64,000 bases of DNA, from positions 15,042 to 79,041 of the forward strand of contig JBCNVB010000002.1 of the NCBI GenBank assembly GCA_039630415.1. Direction: 5' to 3'. Source of the DNA: a bacterium (GTDB lineage: Bacteria > DRYD01). How positions within the stretch are numbered: position 1 is the stretch's first letter; every line of letters begins with the position of its first letter. Positions 47,544 through 56,656 of the stretch are shown here, piece after piece. A model generated the notes under the pieces. The model searched no databases, was not told the DNA's origin, and saw nothing but the letters and a program-made list of their open reading frames with translations. The translations under genes and the position numbers were made by a program.

Positions 47544-49775
47544 ATGATAAAGATATTCGTCCATGAAGAATCTAGTTTTGACAAGGTTAAATACACTTTG
47601 AATGGAAAGATGATGGTTGAAGATTGCATAAAGAATGACGATTTAGAGTATATACCTTACGAAAAACTCAATCCGATTCAGAGTGTTTATTACAAGTATT
47701 ATGATCCTGGTGTTAAGGATGTTGTAGTAACAACTCCTACTTCCTCTGGTAAGTCGGGTATAGTATATGCTACACTTCAAAAGATTTTGTCCAGCTTGAA
47801 TTTTGATGTAGAAAAAATAAGGGGATTTGTATATACTGCCCCTACTAAAGCTTTAATAGAAGAAAAGTACAAAGAGTTCAAATCATTCCTTGAAAACAAG
47901 GGTATCAAAGTTGACATAAAGACGGGAGATTATTTTAACAAGAGAATAGATCCACAAGCAAAAGTAGTATGCACTACGTATGACAGTTTTGTAATTGCAG
48001 CAAGAAATTATGCCGAATGGATTCACAAGGATTTCATAGTAATAGACGAAGTACATTCTATGCTTACAACCATGGGTAAATACCTCATAGAGTTATTAGC
48101 TTTATGTAAGTATTACAAAATACCAACTATTTTGTTATCTGCTACTTTACCAATAGTAGAAGAGTTGTGCAATTATACTCAGCCTGAAATACTTATAGAA
48201 AGCAAATATAGGCCTGTAAAACTAGAGAAACTATCAGTATTTGTGGATTCGAAATATTTGAAACAGATAAATCAATACTCTCCTAAAGAATCAGCTACAA
48301 CAAACATAATAAAGTATGTTCTTAAAACTGCACTAAAAAGATCCTACGAAGGGGAAAAAGTATTGATTTTTGTATGGTCAAAAAAAATAGGTTGGGAATT
48401 TATAAAGATAGCAAGTCAAGTTGGAATAAAGGTGAAAAATCAAACACTCAATTTTAGTTTACCAGAAAACATTTGCAACAGATTTGAAGACATATCGATA
48501 GCGTTTCATAATGCGGATATACCGATTGAAGAAAAACAGGAAATAGAAAAAGAGTTTAGATCTGAAGAGTCAGATTTGAGAATCCTGGTGGCTACACAAA
48601 CCCTAGCGTTAGGAGTTAATCTTCCGGCAGATACTGCAATCATAAACATAAAGTACAATTGGTCAGAAAATACTCTCTATCCTTCAGTGCTGGATATTTT
48701 ACAGGAAGAAGGTAGAGCTGGAAGGTTCGGAATAAGACCAAAAGGTACAAGTTTAAGAGTATTTTGGCAAATGCCTAAAGGTATGAAAACTATCAATATC
48801 GAAAAATTTTGGAGAAACGATCTTTTAAATAGCTCGTATTTTTACGAAGCTCTATCTATTTTGATTTTGCTTTCTATTAAGCTATTTGGAGATGAAAGGC
48901 TTGTTTATAAATCAATAATAACTCAGTATATTTCAAGAGGGGAAATAGAAAGGATTTGTAAATTGTACATTAATCTTTTGCTTAGGTGGGGGTTTGTTGA
49001 AAGTAATCAAATAACTCCCAAGGCTGAAATATCAATTAATACGAACGTGCCTCCGCATCTAATCCAAGGATTCATCGAAATGAGAAAAAACTTATCACAA
49101 ATCAAAAAAAACTATATTGACTTAGCCTACATGCTATCTCTTAGAAGTATAGTTAATACCAAAAACTTTACCTCGTATACCGAGATGTATGACTACACTC
49201 TGTACCGATGGCAAGAGTTGGTAATTGATTATCTCAAGCTAAATCTACAGGAAATCAAAAAGCTAAACAATATGGTTGAAGATTTAACTGAAAACTATGT
49301 GGGTTTATTTGTACAGGATCCAATTCAAAAGAGAAAGCTAATCACTAGTATGTTTGAATACTTAGCATGGTGTATGGGAATAATTACAGCCAAGCATGAT
49401 AAAATACTAGGAGAGTATTCAACCATCGTAAAAGATATTCCTTATTTGTACTATACGATATATAAGCTTATTGGTAAGCAGGGTGTTTTGGAAGAAAAGC
49501 AAATGTTAAGTAGAAATTGTCTAAGCCTATTGTACGGTTGTGATCCAAATTATTCGATAGTTACTAAAGTATATGGAATAGGCTACAAAAGAGTTTCTAT
49601 AATATCTCAAAAGCTAAGAGAGCTAGGGGTAGAATTTTTAGATGATCTACGACAAATACTGTTATACAAAAATCATCTTGGAGATAGTGAAGAAATCAAT
49701 AAAATTCTTAAAATCATAAGGTCATACTTTGAAAAATCGCCAAAAACAAAGCTAAGTCAAGTGAAATTTAATTGA
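47544..49775 (+). CDS. Ski2-like SF2 helicase (Hel308/Hjm-like)
   Basis: LNPIQ, PTSSGKS, APTKAL, KTGD, DEVH, LSATL, RPVKL, FHNAD, ATQTLALGVNLPA, GRAGR, C-terminal HhH (VYGIGYKR). Confidence 0.88.
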   Translation: MIKIFVHEESSFDKVKYTLNGKMMVEDCIKNDDLEYIPYEKLNPIQSVYYKYYDPGVKDVVVTTPTSSGKSGIVYATLQKILSSLNFDVEKIRGFVYTAPTKALIEEKYKEFKSFLENKGIKVDIKTGDYFNKRIDPQAKVVCTTYDSFVIAARNYAEWIHKDFIVIDEVHSMLTTMGKYLIELLALCKYYKIPTILLSATLPIVEELCNYTQPEILIESKYRPVKLEKLSVFVDSKYLKQINQYSPKESATTNIIKYVLKTALKRSYEGEKVLIFVWSKKIGWEFIKIASQVGIKVKNQTLNFSLPENICNRFEDISIAFHNADIPIEEKQEIEKEFRSEESDLRILVATQTLALGVNLPADTAIINIKYNWSENTLYPSVLDILQEEGRAGRFGIRPKGTSLRVFWQMPKGMKTINIEKFWRNDLLNSSYFYEALSILILLSIKLFGDERLVYKSIITQYISRGEIERICKLYINLLLRWGFVESNQITPKAEISINTNVPPHLIQGFIEMRKNLSQIKKNYIDLAYMLSLRSIVNTKNFTSYTEMYDYTLYRWQELVIDYLKLNLQEIKKLNNMVEDLTENYVGLFVQDPIQKRKLITSMFEYLAWCMGIITAKHDKILGEYSTIVKDIPYLYYTIYKLIGKQGVLEEKQMLSRNCLSLLYGCDPNYSIVTKVYGIGYKRVSIISQKLRELGVEFLDDLRQILLYKNHLGDSEEINKILKIIRSYFEKSPKTKLSQVKFN

Positions 49776-49786
49776 TCGGTTGAAAT

Positions 49787-50701
49787 TTAGTCAATTTGGA
49801 TAACATTATTGATATGGAAGCGGGAAAGTTTTAGCTGTTGTTTTATTATTTTTTCAACTATTTTGTTTGGTATGCATCCTACTAGTTCTGTGTTATGGAG
49901 TTTAAGGTTATTCTGTTGTATTAGTTGGGTGATTATATGGTATACTTTTAGAAAGTTGGTTTTATGGGCTTCGAGAATATTGGTAGAAAGTTGTACTATG
50001 TTTTGAGAGGGTAGAAAGAATGCCAATGCTTGAACATTTTTTATTCCTCCACTACTTTCTCTTATGGTTTTTGCTATTTGCTTGACTTTCTGCAAAAGAT
50101 GATCTTTATATTGAGAATTGTTTGGGGGTATTTTGAAGTTGAAATTGAATGCTATTAGAGGATAACGAACACCGATAAAACTCACTCCCATCGTTGGATG
50201 AAAAATACTGTCCTGATATATGTCAGGAAGTAAATCTTTGTCTTGAAAAGTTAACTTTTTGATAAACTCAAATCCTTTATTTCGGATGTAGGAAAGTTTT
50301 TGTGTTTGTAGTCTTTTAGAAGAAAGGGAGTATAGGTAAACGGGTATTTTGTATCTTTCAAAAAATTTGTGGGCAAATTTTTCTACTTTTGAGATTAGCT
50401 GTTTGTATGATATGCCTTTGATAGGAATAAAAGGTATAACGTCCAGGATACCTGCTCTGGGGTGTACTCCTTGGTGTAAATTTATATCCAGATTATCAAT
50501 TACCTGATCAGTTATGACGAATATCGATTCAAATACGGATGATAAATTACCTACGATTGTAAAAACAGATCTATTGTGGTCGTAATCGTAGTGAATATCT
50601 TTGATTTGTATATTTTTGATTTGTTTAAGTTTTTGATGGATTTTGTTAATTAGTTTTATGTTTCTTCCTTCGGATAGATTGGGAACTGTTTCGATTTGCA
50701 T
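49787..50701 (-). CDS. Glutamate formiminotransferase
   Basis: ETVPNLSEGR, DYDHNRSVFT, HQGVHPRAG, DVIPFIP, IRESSGG, TELVG. The family N-terminus begins at ATG 50701; the track's extension overlaps hemL. Confidence 0.92.
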   Translation of the reverse strand: MQIETVPNLSEGRNIKLINKIHQKLKQIKNIQIKDIHYDYDHNRSVFTIVGNLSSVFESIFVITDQVIDNLDINLHQGVHPRAGILDVIPFIPIKGISYKQLISKVEKFAHKFFERYKIPVYLYSLSSKRLQTQKLSYIRNKGFEFIKKLTFQDKDLLPDIYQDSIFHPTMGVSFIGVRYPLIAFNFNFKIPPNNSQYKDHLLQKVKQIAKTIRESSGGIKNVQALAFFLPSQNIVQLSTNILEAHKTNFLKVYHIITQLIQQNNLKLHNTELVGCIPNKIVEKIIKQQLKLSRFHINNVIQID

Positions 50702-50826
50702 AGCTTTATAGTAGTTTGTGATTTTGGGGAATTTTTCCTTCGTTAAAGTTTGGTAAATTACGTTAGTAAGAAAAGAGGTTTTTAGGATTTTGGGTATAAA
50801 TATGGTAAAAAAGGAGGGATTTTTGA

Positions 50827-52110
50827 ATGTTGAGTCAGGTAACTTCAGAGCAGTTGTATGAAGAGGCAATAAAACATTATGTAGGTGGAGTAAACAGTCC
50901 AGTAAGAAGCTTTAAGAATGTGGAAGCAAAACCTATATATTTCAGTTCTGGTCAGGGACCGATAATTTACTCTGTTGAGGGAAGAAAATTTATTGACTAT
51001 GTTTTAGCATGGGGTACCTTTATCCTTGGACACTCTGATCCTGATGTGCAAAAGGAGATAATTGAACAGCTTTACAAGGGTATTCATTTTGGTGCATGCA
51101 GTCCACTTGAAATAGAATATGCGAGGTTGATAAAAGAAGGGTTTAGGACAATAGAAAAGATAAGGGTTTTAAATAGTGGTACTGAGGCAGTAATGGTAGC
51201 AATAAGGCTTGCTAGGGCTTATACGAATAGAAGGAAGATAGTGAAGTTTTCGGGTAACTACCATGGGCATGTAGATTATTTACTGGTAAAAAGTGGTTCA
51301 GGATTGGCAACTTTTTCAATACCTTCAAGTAAAGGTGTGCCTCAGGAATTTATAGATCAAACAATAGTCGTAGAATACAATGATTTTGATACTGTCGAAA
51401 AAGTGTTTGAAGAACATGGTAAAGATATAGCTGCGGTGATAGTAGAGCCGGTTGCTGGAAATATAGGCGTAATACCACCAAAAAATGGATTTTTGCAAAA
51501 TCTAAGACAGATAACTAAAGCCTATGAATCGATCTTGATATTTGATGAAGTTATAACATGTTTTAGGAATGAGTATGGGGGATTATCTAATCAGTATGAT
51601 CCTGATTTAGTTGTGTTGGGAAAGATAGTGGGTGGAGGGATGCCAATAGGTGTTGTAGGTGGTAAGTCATACATAATGGACTTGCTTGCACCTGAGGGAC
51701 AGGTATATCATGGTGGAACATTTTGTTCAAATCCTTTAACTTTAGCAGCTGGTATTGCTACTTTAAAGAAGCTAAAGAATCAAAACTATGGTTACCTTGA
51801 AGAGCTTGCACATCTATTGCAAGAAGGAATAGTGAACATTAAAAATAGATATAATTTGAAACTAAACGTAAATCGTTGGGGATCAATGATGAGTATATTC
51901 TTTACTGAGCATGAAGTGAATAATTCTCAGAATGCATATAATAGTGATAGGAGAATGTTTGCTGAGATGTTTAGATTTTTGGTGACTAAGGGGGTATATT
52001 TACCTCCTTCTCCTTTTGAGGCGATATTTCTTTCTTTCAGTCATACGTCAAAAGAAATTAATTATACTATCGATAAGATAGAGGAGTTCTTTATGAATGT
52101 GAGTAAGTAG
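50827..52110 (+). CDS. hemL: Glutamate-1-semialdehyde 2,1-aminomutase
   Basis: GGVNSPVR, NSGTEA, GNYHGH, FDEVIT, LGKIVGGGMP, PSPFEA. Confidence 0.96.
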   Translation: MLSQVTSEQLYEEAIKHYVGGVNSPVRSFKNVEAKPIYFSSGQGPIIYSVEGRKFIDYVLAWGTFILGHSDPDVQKEIIEQLYKGIHFGACSPLEIEYARLIKEGFRTIEKIRVLNSGTEAVMVAIRLARAYTNRRKIVKFSGNYHGHVDYLLVKSGSGLATFSIPSSKGVPQEFIDQTIVVEYNDFDTVEKVFEEHGKDIAAVIVEPVAGNIGVIPPKNGFLQNLRQITKAYESILIFDEVITCFRNEYGGLSNQYDPDLVVLGKIVGGGMPIGVVGGKSYIMDLLAPEGQVYHGGTFCSNPLTLAAGIATLKKLKNQNYGYLEELAHLLQEGIVNIKNRYNLKLNVNRWGSMMSIFFTEHEVNNSQNAYNSDRRMFAEMFRFLVTKGVYLPPSPFEAIFLSFSHTSKEINYTIDKIEEFFMNVSK

Positions 52111-52161
52111 GAGTTTTATTTTGGTTTCTTGAATTCTTTTAGAGGAGAGATAACTGGGTTT

Positions 52162-54555
52162 ATGATGGAATTAATAGCAAACTTTGTACTTGCAAAAGAT
52201 AAGAAGCAATATATACAAAACGTGCAAACTTCATCTGGTGAGGATTATAAGGAGTACTTGCAGATTTTAGATATTGTTTCGAGCTATATTGCTGAGTATA
52301 AGCAAGCTCTTACAGATTATAACACCAATAAGATTAATGCCATAACAGAGTCAATATTTGAGCAAATAAAGGATTTACCGAATGATAGGTTGATAAACGT
52401 AATAGATGAGATTTTAGTGCAGCTTCTTTCAACCAAGGAAGATATAAAAAAAAGAATAATGAGTCAAGTAACTTCTGACTCTGACTCACCAGATTTGTAC
52501 ATAAAAGTAGAGAACTATATTGATAACTATAAGGCGGTACTGCAGGAGATAGATAGCAAAAAGTATCTCGAAGAGGCTCCAAAAAAACTCTCTAAAATAA
52601 AAAGAATTTATGAAAAAATATTCTCAATGATAGACCAACCTGTAAAGATAATTTTCTTCAATTCAGAAAATATTAGTTTATACAATAGATATTCGCTAAT
52701 AGACATTATCACTGACGATTTAAGAATACTAAAGGAACTACTTTCCAAAGTGCATGAGAGGATGCATCCGAAAGAGGTATCTTCTGGTCAGGAGTTAGCT
52801 GTTTCAGGGGAAGTATTAGCTTCGCAAGAAGAAGTATTAGCTTTGCAAGAAGAATCTGCCTTGCAAGAAGAAGTTTTAGCTTTGCAGGAAGAGGTATCTG
52901 CTTTGCAAGAAGTATCTACTTTGCAAGAAGAGTTATCGGCTTTACAGCAGGAGGCAATTTCTGAAGCAGAGGAAAAAATTTCCATATCTGCTCAAATACC
53001 GGAAGCGATAACTCTATCTACTGAGAATGATTCTTTATCAGAGGTAGTTACTCAGAATTTTGAAGATCAGCAGGTACAGACGGATCAAAATTTACAGGAA
53101 GTATCCCAAGATGTTGAATATGAAGCAAAAACAGATACTTCAGTTGTAGATAATTTACCGGAAGAAAAAGGGGAACATGTTTTACTCTTAGAGACTTTAC
53201 AAAGTGATCAAGAGGGATTGCAAAGCTATCAAGAAGAGTTGCAAAGTCATGAACAGGGTACTGAACATGAGAAGAGGGCTGTTACTTTGTCTGAAGTAAT
53301 TTCCAAAGATTTATTTTCTTCATTTGATCAGGAAGTAGCGGAGGAAAAAGTTGCGGAAGAAAAAGCTATAGATCAATCGGCGATGAATCTTATGGAAATC
53401 GTTCAAGAGTTGGAGTTTGCGGAAATAATTGAACAATCAGAGCAAAATGAATCAAAGGATGTATTGCAACAAAGAACGGAGGATGTTCAGAAGTTACAAC
53501 CTGTACAAGAACAAGGTACACAAGAGCAGGTTGCTATTCAACAAGTTGCACAGGAATTAGAAGTAAAACGGGATAACCAAACTATACAATTATCTCAGAT
53601 AATTTCTGATCAGATAATTTCTGAGGATTTGTTTTCTACGTCTGAACAGGATTTACAGACTCAAGAGTTTTCAGAAAGTACGCTTACAAATGAATCAAAT
53701 TTGTTAGCGATAGATCAGTTACTGGAATTTGAGGAAATTTTAGATATTCAAGAGGGGGCGGTTCAACAAGAATCAGTTCAGCAAAATTTAAGCAAGCAAG
53801 AGCCTATTCAAGCAGTGGTGGAATTTGAATCCAAATCGGAACAAGTTGAACAAGAATTGGAAAAAAAGCAGGAGCAAAAGAAGTTACAAGTTGATGATCT
53901 TTTGGAAATTTTTGAAAGTGCGCAGACACAGGTAGAAGAGATGCAGGTAGACATACAAAATCAACTTTCGGTAGATCAAAGTAAGCAGCAGCTTAAGGAA
54001 GAAGATAAACATGTAATGGAAACGAAAACAGACCAGAAAGGGCTAATAAATGTAGAAGGTATAGATGAGCTGGCTGCTATCTTAGAGCAACAACAAAAGG
54101 AGATATATAAGCAAGAAGTAGGTTTTATAGACTTAACTAATATCCAGATAGATTTTTTGAACGTGGATATATCGAGCTTAGATATACCGAATGAATTTGC
54201 TGTTTTAGAAGAAAAAATAGAAAGTTCCAACGCAGAAATTAAAAAGGAGATAAGGTATACTCCTAGTGATACTATACGTCAGAAATGTGAGGAAATAAAG
54301 GGTATACTTTTACCTTATAAGGCTAAGGGTATGCTGATGTTAATTGGAACGGAGTATTACAATGAGAATGTTTCGAATGTTGATGAAAAGTTTTTTGATA
54401 GTGTGAAGCAGTTTGATTTTACAAACGTATATTTTGAGAGGGGTAAGGATTTTGGTTTTATAATGAAAGAAGGAGATAAAGTGTTGATATTGATATTCGG
54501 TGAGGGTGTACAAGTAGGTCCTATCAAGCTTAAGCTAAAGAATGTGAAAATATAG
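52162..54555 (+). CDS. Large acidic E/Q-rich protein with internal repeats and C-terminal Roadblock/LC7-like domain
   Basis: Helical N-terminus of about 200 aa and a ~500-aa E/Q-rich region. C-terminal NVYFERG...FIMKEGDKVLILIFGEGVQVGPIKLKLK resembles Roadblock/MglB. Confidence 0.65.
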   Translation: MMELIANFVLAKDKKQYIQNVQTSSGEDYKEYLQILDIVSSYIAEYKQALTDYNTNKINAITESIFEQIKDLPNDRLINVIDEILVQLLSTKEDIKKRIMSQVTSDSDSPDLYIKVENYIDNYKAVLQEIDSKKYLEEAPKKLSKIKRIYEKIFSMIDQPVKIIFFNSENISLYNRYSLIDIITDDLRILKELLSKVHERMHPKEVSSGQELAVSGEVLASQEEVLALQEESALQEEVLALQEEVSALQEVSTLQEELSALQQEAISEAEEKISISAQIPEAITLSTENDSLSEVVTQNFEDQQVQTDQNLQEVSQDVEYEAKTDTSVVDNLPEEKGEHVLLLETLQSDQEGLQSYQEELQSHEQGTEHEKRAVTLSEVISKDLFSSFDQEVAEEKVAEEKAIDQSAMNLMEIVQELEFAEIIEQSEQNESKDVLQQRTEDVQKLQPVQEQGTQEQVAIQQVAQELEVKRDNQTIQLSQIISDQIISEDLFSTSEQDLQTQEFSESTLTNESNLLAIDQLLEFEEILDIQEGAVQQESVQQNLSKQEPIQAVVEFESKSEQVEQELEKKQEQKKLQVDDLLEIFESAQTQVEEMQVDIQNQLSVDQSKQQLKEEDKHVMETKTDQKGLINVEGIDELAAILEQQQKEIYKQEVGFIDLTNIQIDFLNVDISSLDIPNEFAVLEEKIESSNAEIKKEIRYTPSDTIRQKCEEIKGILLPYKAKGMLMLIGTEYYNENVSNVDEKFFDSVKQFDFTNVYFERGKDFGFIMKEGDKVLILIFGEGVQVGPIKLKLKNVKI
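52809..52953 (+). repeat. Imperfect 18/21-bp coding tandem repeat (LQEEVLA/LQEESA units, ~7 copies)
   Basis: Repeated ttgcaagaagaagtattagc-like units directly visible. Confidence 0.9.
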
Positions 54556-54566
54556 GAGGGGATTAG

Positions 54567-55271
54567 ATGTCTGAAAAATCTAAGAAAAGTACACCAGAAA
54601 TTGTAAGAATACTGTGGTACAGACATAAAGTAGATAAATGGCCTATCAAAAAAATAGCTGAAGCGTACAATATATCAAAAAGTACAATATATAGATGGTT
54701 CAAAGGCATAAAGGATGAGGAAATTAGTGAGGAATATATAAAATTTGATTTGGAAAAGATAAAGCTGGAGATTCCGGTAGAATACTTTAATTTGTCAGAA
54801 AAAGTTTTATCGAGAGAGTACCTTAAAAGTAGTTTTGAGATAGCTCAAAAGAGTGAAAGTATAAGTATTACTGAGCTACCTGAAAGATATGGATTTAATT
54901 ATAGCTATGCATTACCTTTGGATCCTTACAGGATATTTATTTACTGGGAAATAAATTATCCTTATACAGATCAGGCTAGTGTAACGATTAAGATATACGA
55001 TGATACAGAAAATCAAAAACTTTTACATATGATTCTGGATTCAAAGTATTTTGTTAATAATATGTATGTACCGGTTGGTATTCCAGATAGGGTTTATTTT
55101 GCGGAAATATATGTTAAAGATGGTGATAAATTGAATTTTATAGCAAGAACCAATAAGGTAAGAACTCCGAGGAATTATCCTTCGAGTATGGAAATAATGA
55201 GTATGTATGATTGGTATAACATAGATCAGAGTATGTTTAGTATATCATCGTTTATATTAAACAAATTGTAG
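54567..55271 (+). CDS. HTH plus DUF4912 domain protein
   Basis: PIKKIAEAYNISKSTIYRWF (HTH); LPERYG...LDPYRIFIYWE...IARTNKVRTPR (DUF4912). Confidence 0.8.
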   Translation: MSEKSKKSTPEIVRILWYRHKVDKWPIKKIAEAYNISKSTIYRWFKGIKDEEISEEYIKFDLEKIKLEIPVEYFNLSEKVLSREYLKSSFEIAQKSESISITELPERYGFNYSYALPLDPYRIFIYWEINYPYTDQASVTIKIYDDTENQKLLHMILDSKYFVNNMYVPVGIPDRVYFAEIYVKDGDKLNFIARTNKVRTPRNYPSSMEIMSMYDWYNIDQSMFSISSFILNKL

Positions 55272-55295
55272 ATTGGAGGGTTAAGAGTAAGGGTT

Positions 55296-56126
55296 ATGAA
55301 AGTAGCAAAGAAGTTAGGTTTAGTAATAGTTTTAGTGGGACTAATTGTCAGGCTAGTATATGGAAGTACTGCTGATTCGTTTATAAAGGGCATGTATACT
55401 CAGGATGGTAAATATGCAACTGTAAAGGATATGGTAATAGAGTATGAATTCAGGTCTCAGGAGGACAAGAAAGCTAAGGCTGCAAAAGAGCAGGAAATTC
55501 CTCTTATAGGTCAGGGAAAGATTTTTTATAAGTCGCCCTATTACCTTAGAATAGAAACGGAGTTTTTATTTCATCCTGCTTTACAAGGGGCTAAACTAAT
55601 TACCATAAAAGATGGAAAAAATACTGCGATTTTTAAGGAGGATTATATAAAACCTTTGAAGTTGGATCCTGATAATAGGTATCCGCTACTTGTTAATTTT
55701 CCATTCTTGTATTTGCTTAGGTACGAAGAAATGGAAAAGATACTATATCCAGTAGTAGTTGCGTTTGAGGATATAGGCAGTGGTGAATTAAAGGGTAGAA
55801 GAGCTGCAATTATCAGTGTAATAGACAAAACCAAGATATACGAAAGATACCGAATATATCTTGATATGTCTACATTTTTCCCTTTGAAGGTAGTTTACTA
55901 TCCGTTTGAGAAGGACAAGGAGGGCATAGAGGTTGTATATAGGGGCATTTCTTATGTTGGTGATGGAAGACCTTGGTCAAAGAAAGTATTAATATACTAT
56001 GTATCACCGAAGTCAAAATACCTTGCTTGGGTACTTGAATTGAAAAATATATCTATTAACGTAGGTTTAATAGATGACCTATTTACTATTGGTGTAGAGG
56101 AAATTAAGGAGATGCCATTTAAGTAG
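55296..56126 (+). CDS. LolA-like periplasmic protein (outer-membrane lipoprotein-sorting fold)
   Basis: Signal peptide; GKIFYKSPYYLRIE, IKDGK, IYLD...PLK, INVGLIDDLF. Confidence 0.65.
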   Translation: MKVAKKLGLVIVLVGLIVRLVYGSTADSFIKGMYTQDGKYATVKDMVIEYEFRSQEDKKAKAAKEQEIPLIGQGKIFYKSPYYLRIETEFLFHPALQGAKLITIKDGKNTAIFKEDYIKPLKLDPDNRYPLLVNFPFLYLLRYEEMEKILYPVVVAFEDIGSGELKGRRAAIISVIDKTKIYERYRIYLDMSTFFPLKVVYYPFEKDKEGIEVVYRGISYVGDGRPWSKKVLIYYVSPKSKYLAWVLELKNISINVGLIDDLFTIGVEEIKEMPFK

Positions 56127-56131
56127 TTTGA

Positions 56132-56644
56132 ATGGATTTAATTTGGGCTCCTTGGAGAGGAACTTACATAAAAATGAATGTTCATCAACAGGAATGTATT
56201 TTCTGTTACTTTGATCAAAAACCTATAAAACATGTAGAGCCCAATCCTGAAAATTTAGTACTTTACAAATCCGAAACTTGCTTTATAATACTAAATAAGT
56301 ATCCATACATTAATGGTCACTTAATGGTTGTTCCCTATAGACATACTAATGATATACTTACGCTAGATGAGAAGGAAAAAGCAGATATATTTAATCAGAT
56401 ACAATTTTCTGTTGAGATTATAATGGAAGCATATAATCCGAGTGGTTTTAATATTGGTATAAATTTAGGTAAAGTTGCTGGGGCTGGAATAGATCAACAT
56501 TTGCATTTTCACATAGTTCCGAGATTCAATGCTGACCATAACTTTTTAACAACTATATCAAATACAAGGATTATAAGTTTTTCATTAGAGGAAACCTACC
56601 GCGATTTATATCAAATAATAAAACATAAAAAAACCATGGAATAG
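56132..56644 (+). CDS. HIT-family nucleotide hydrolase (Ap4A phosphorylase-like)
   Basis: WAPWR, CIFC, LNKYPYINGHLMVVP, GKVAGAGI, HLHFHIVPR. Confidence 0.93.
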   Translation: MDLIWAPWRGTYIKMNVHQQECIFCYFDQKPIKHVEPNPENLVLYKSETCFIILNKYPYINGHLMVVPYRHTNDILTLDEKEKADIFNQIQFSVEIIMEAYNPSGFNIGINLGKVAGAGIDQHLHFHIVPRFNADHNFLTTISNTRIISFSLEETYRDLYQIIKHKKTME

Positions 56645-56656
56645 AGAGGGGAAAGT

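Noticed and set aside
50702-50869. N-terminal extensions in the ORF track (also 6722, 9547, 18126, 24378, 31146, 52129)
   Set aside because: Downstream ATGs fit the RBS position or the family N-terminus better; the extensions overlap neighbours or promoters.
52809-52953. Tandem repeat as a possible CRISPR array
   Set aside because: Units are 18/21 bp, in frame, degenerate at synonymous sites and without unique spacers; no cas genes are present.
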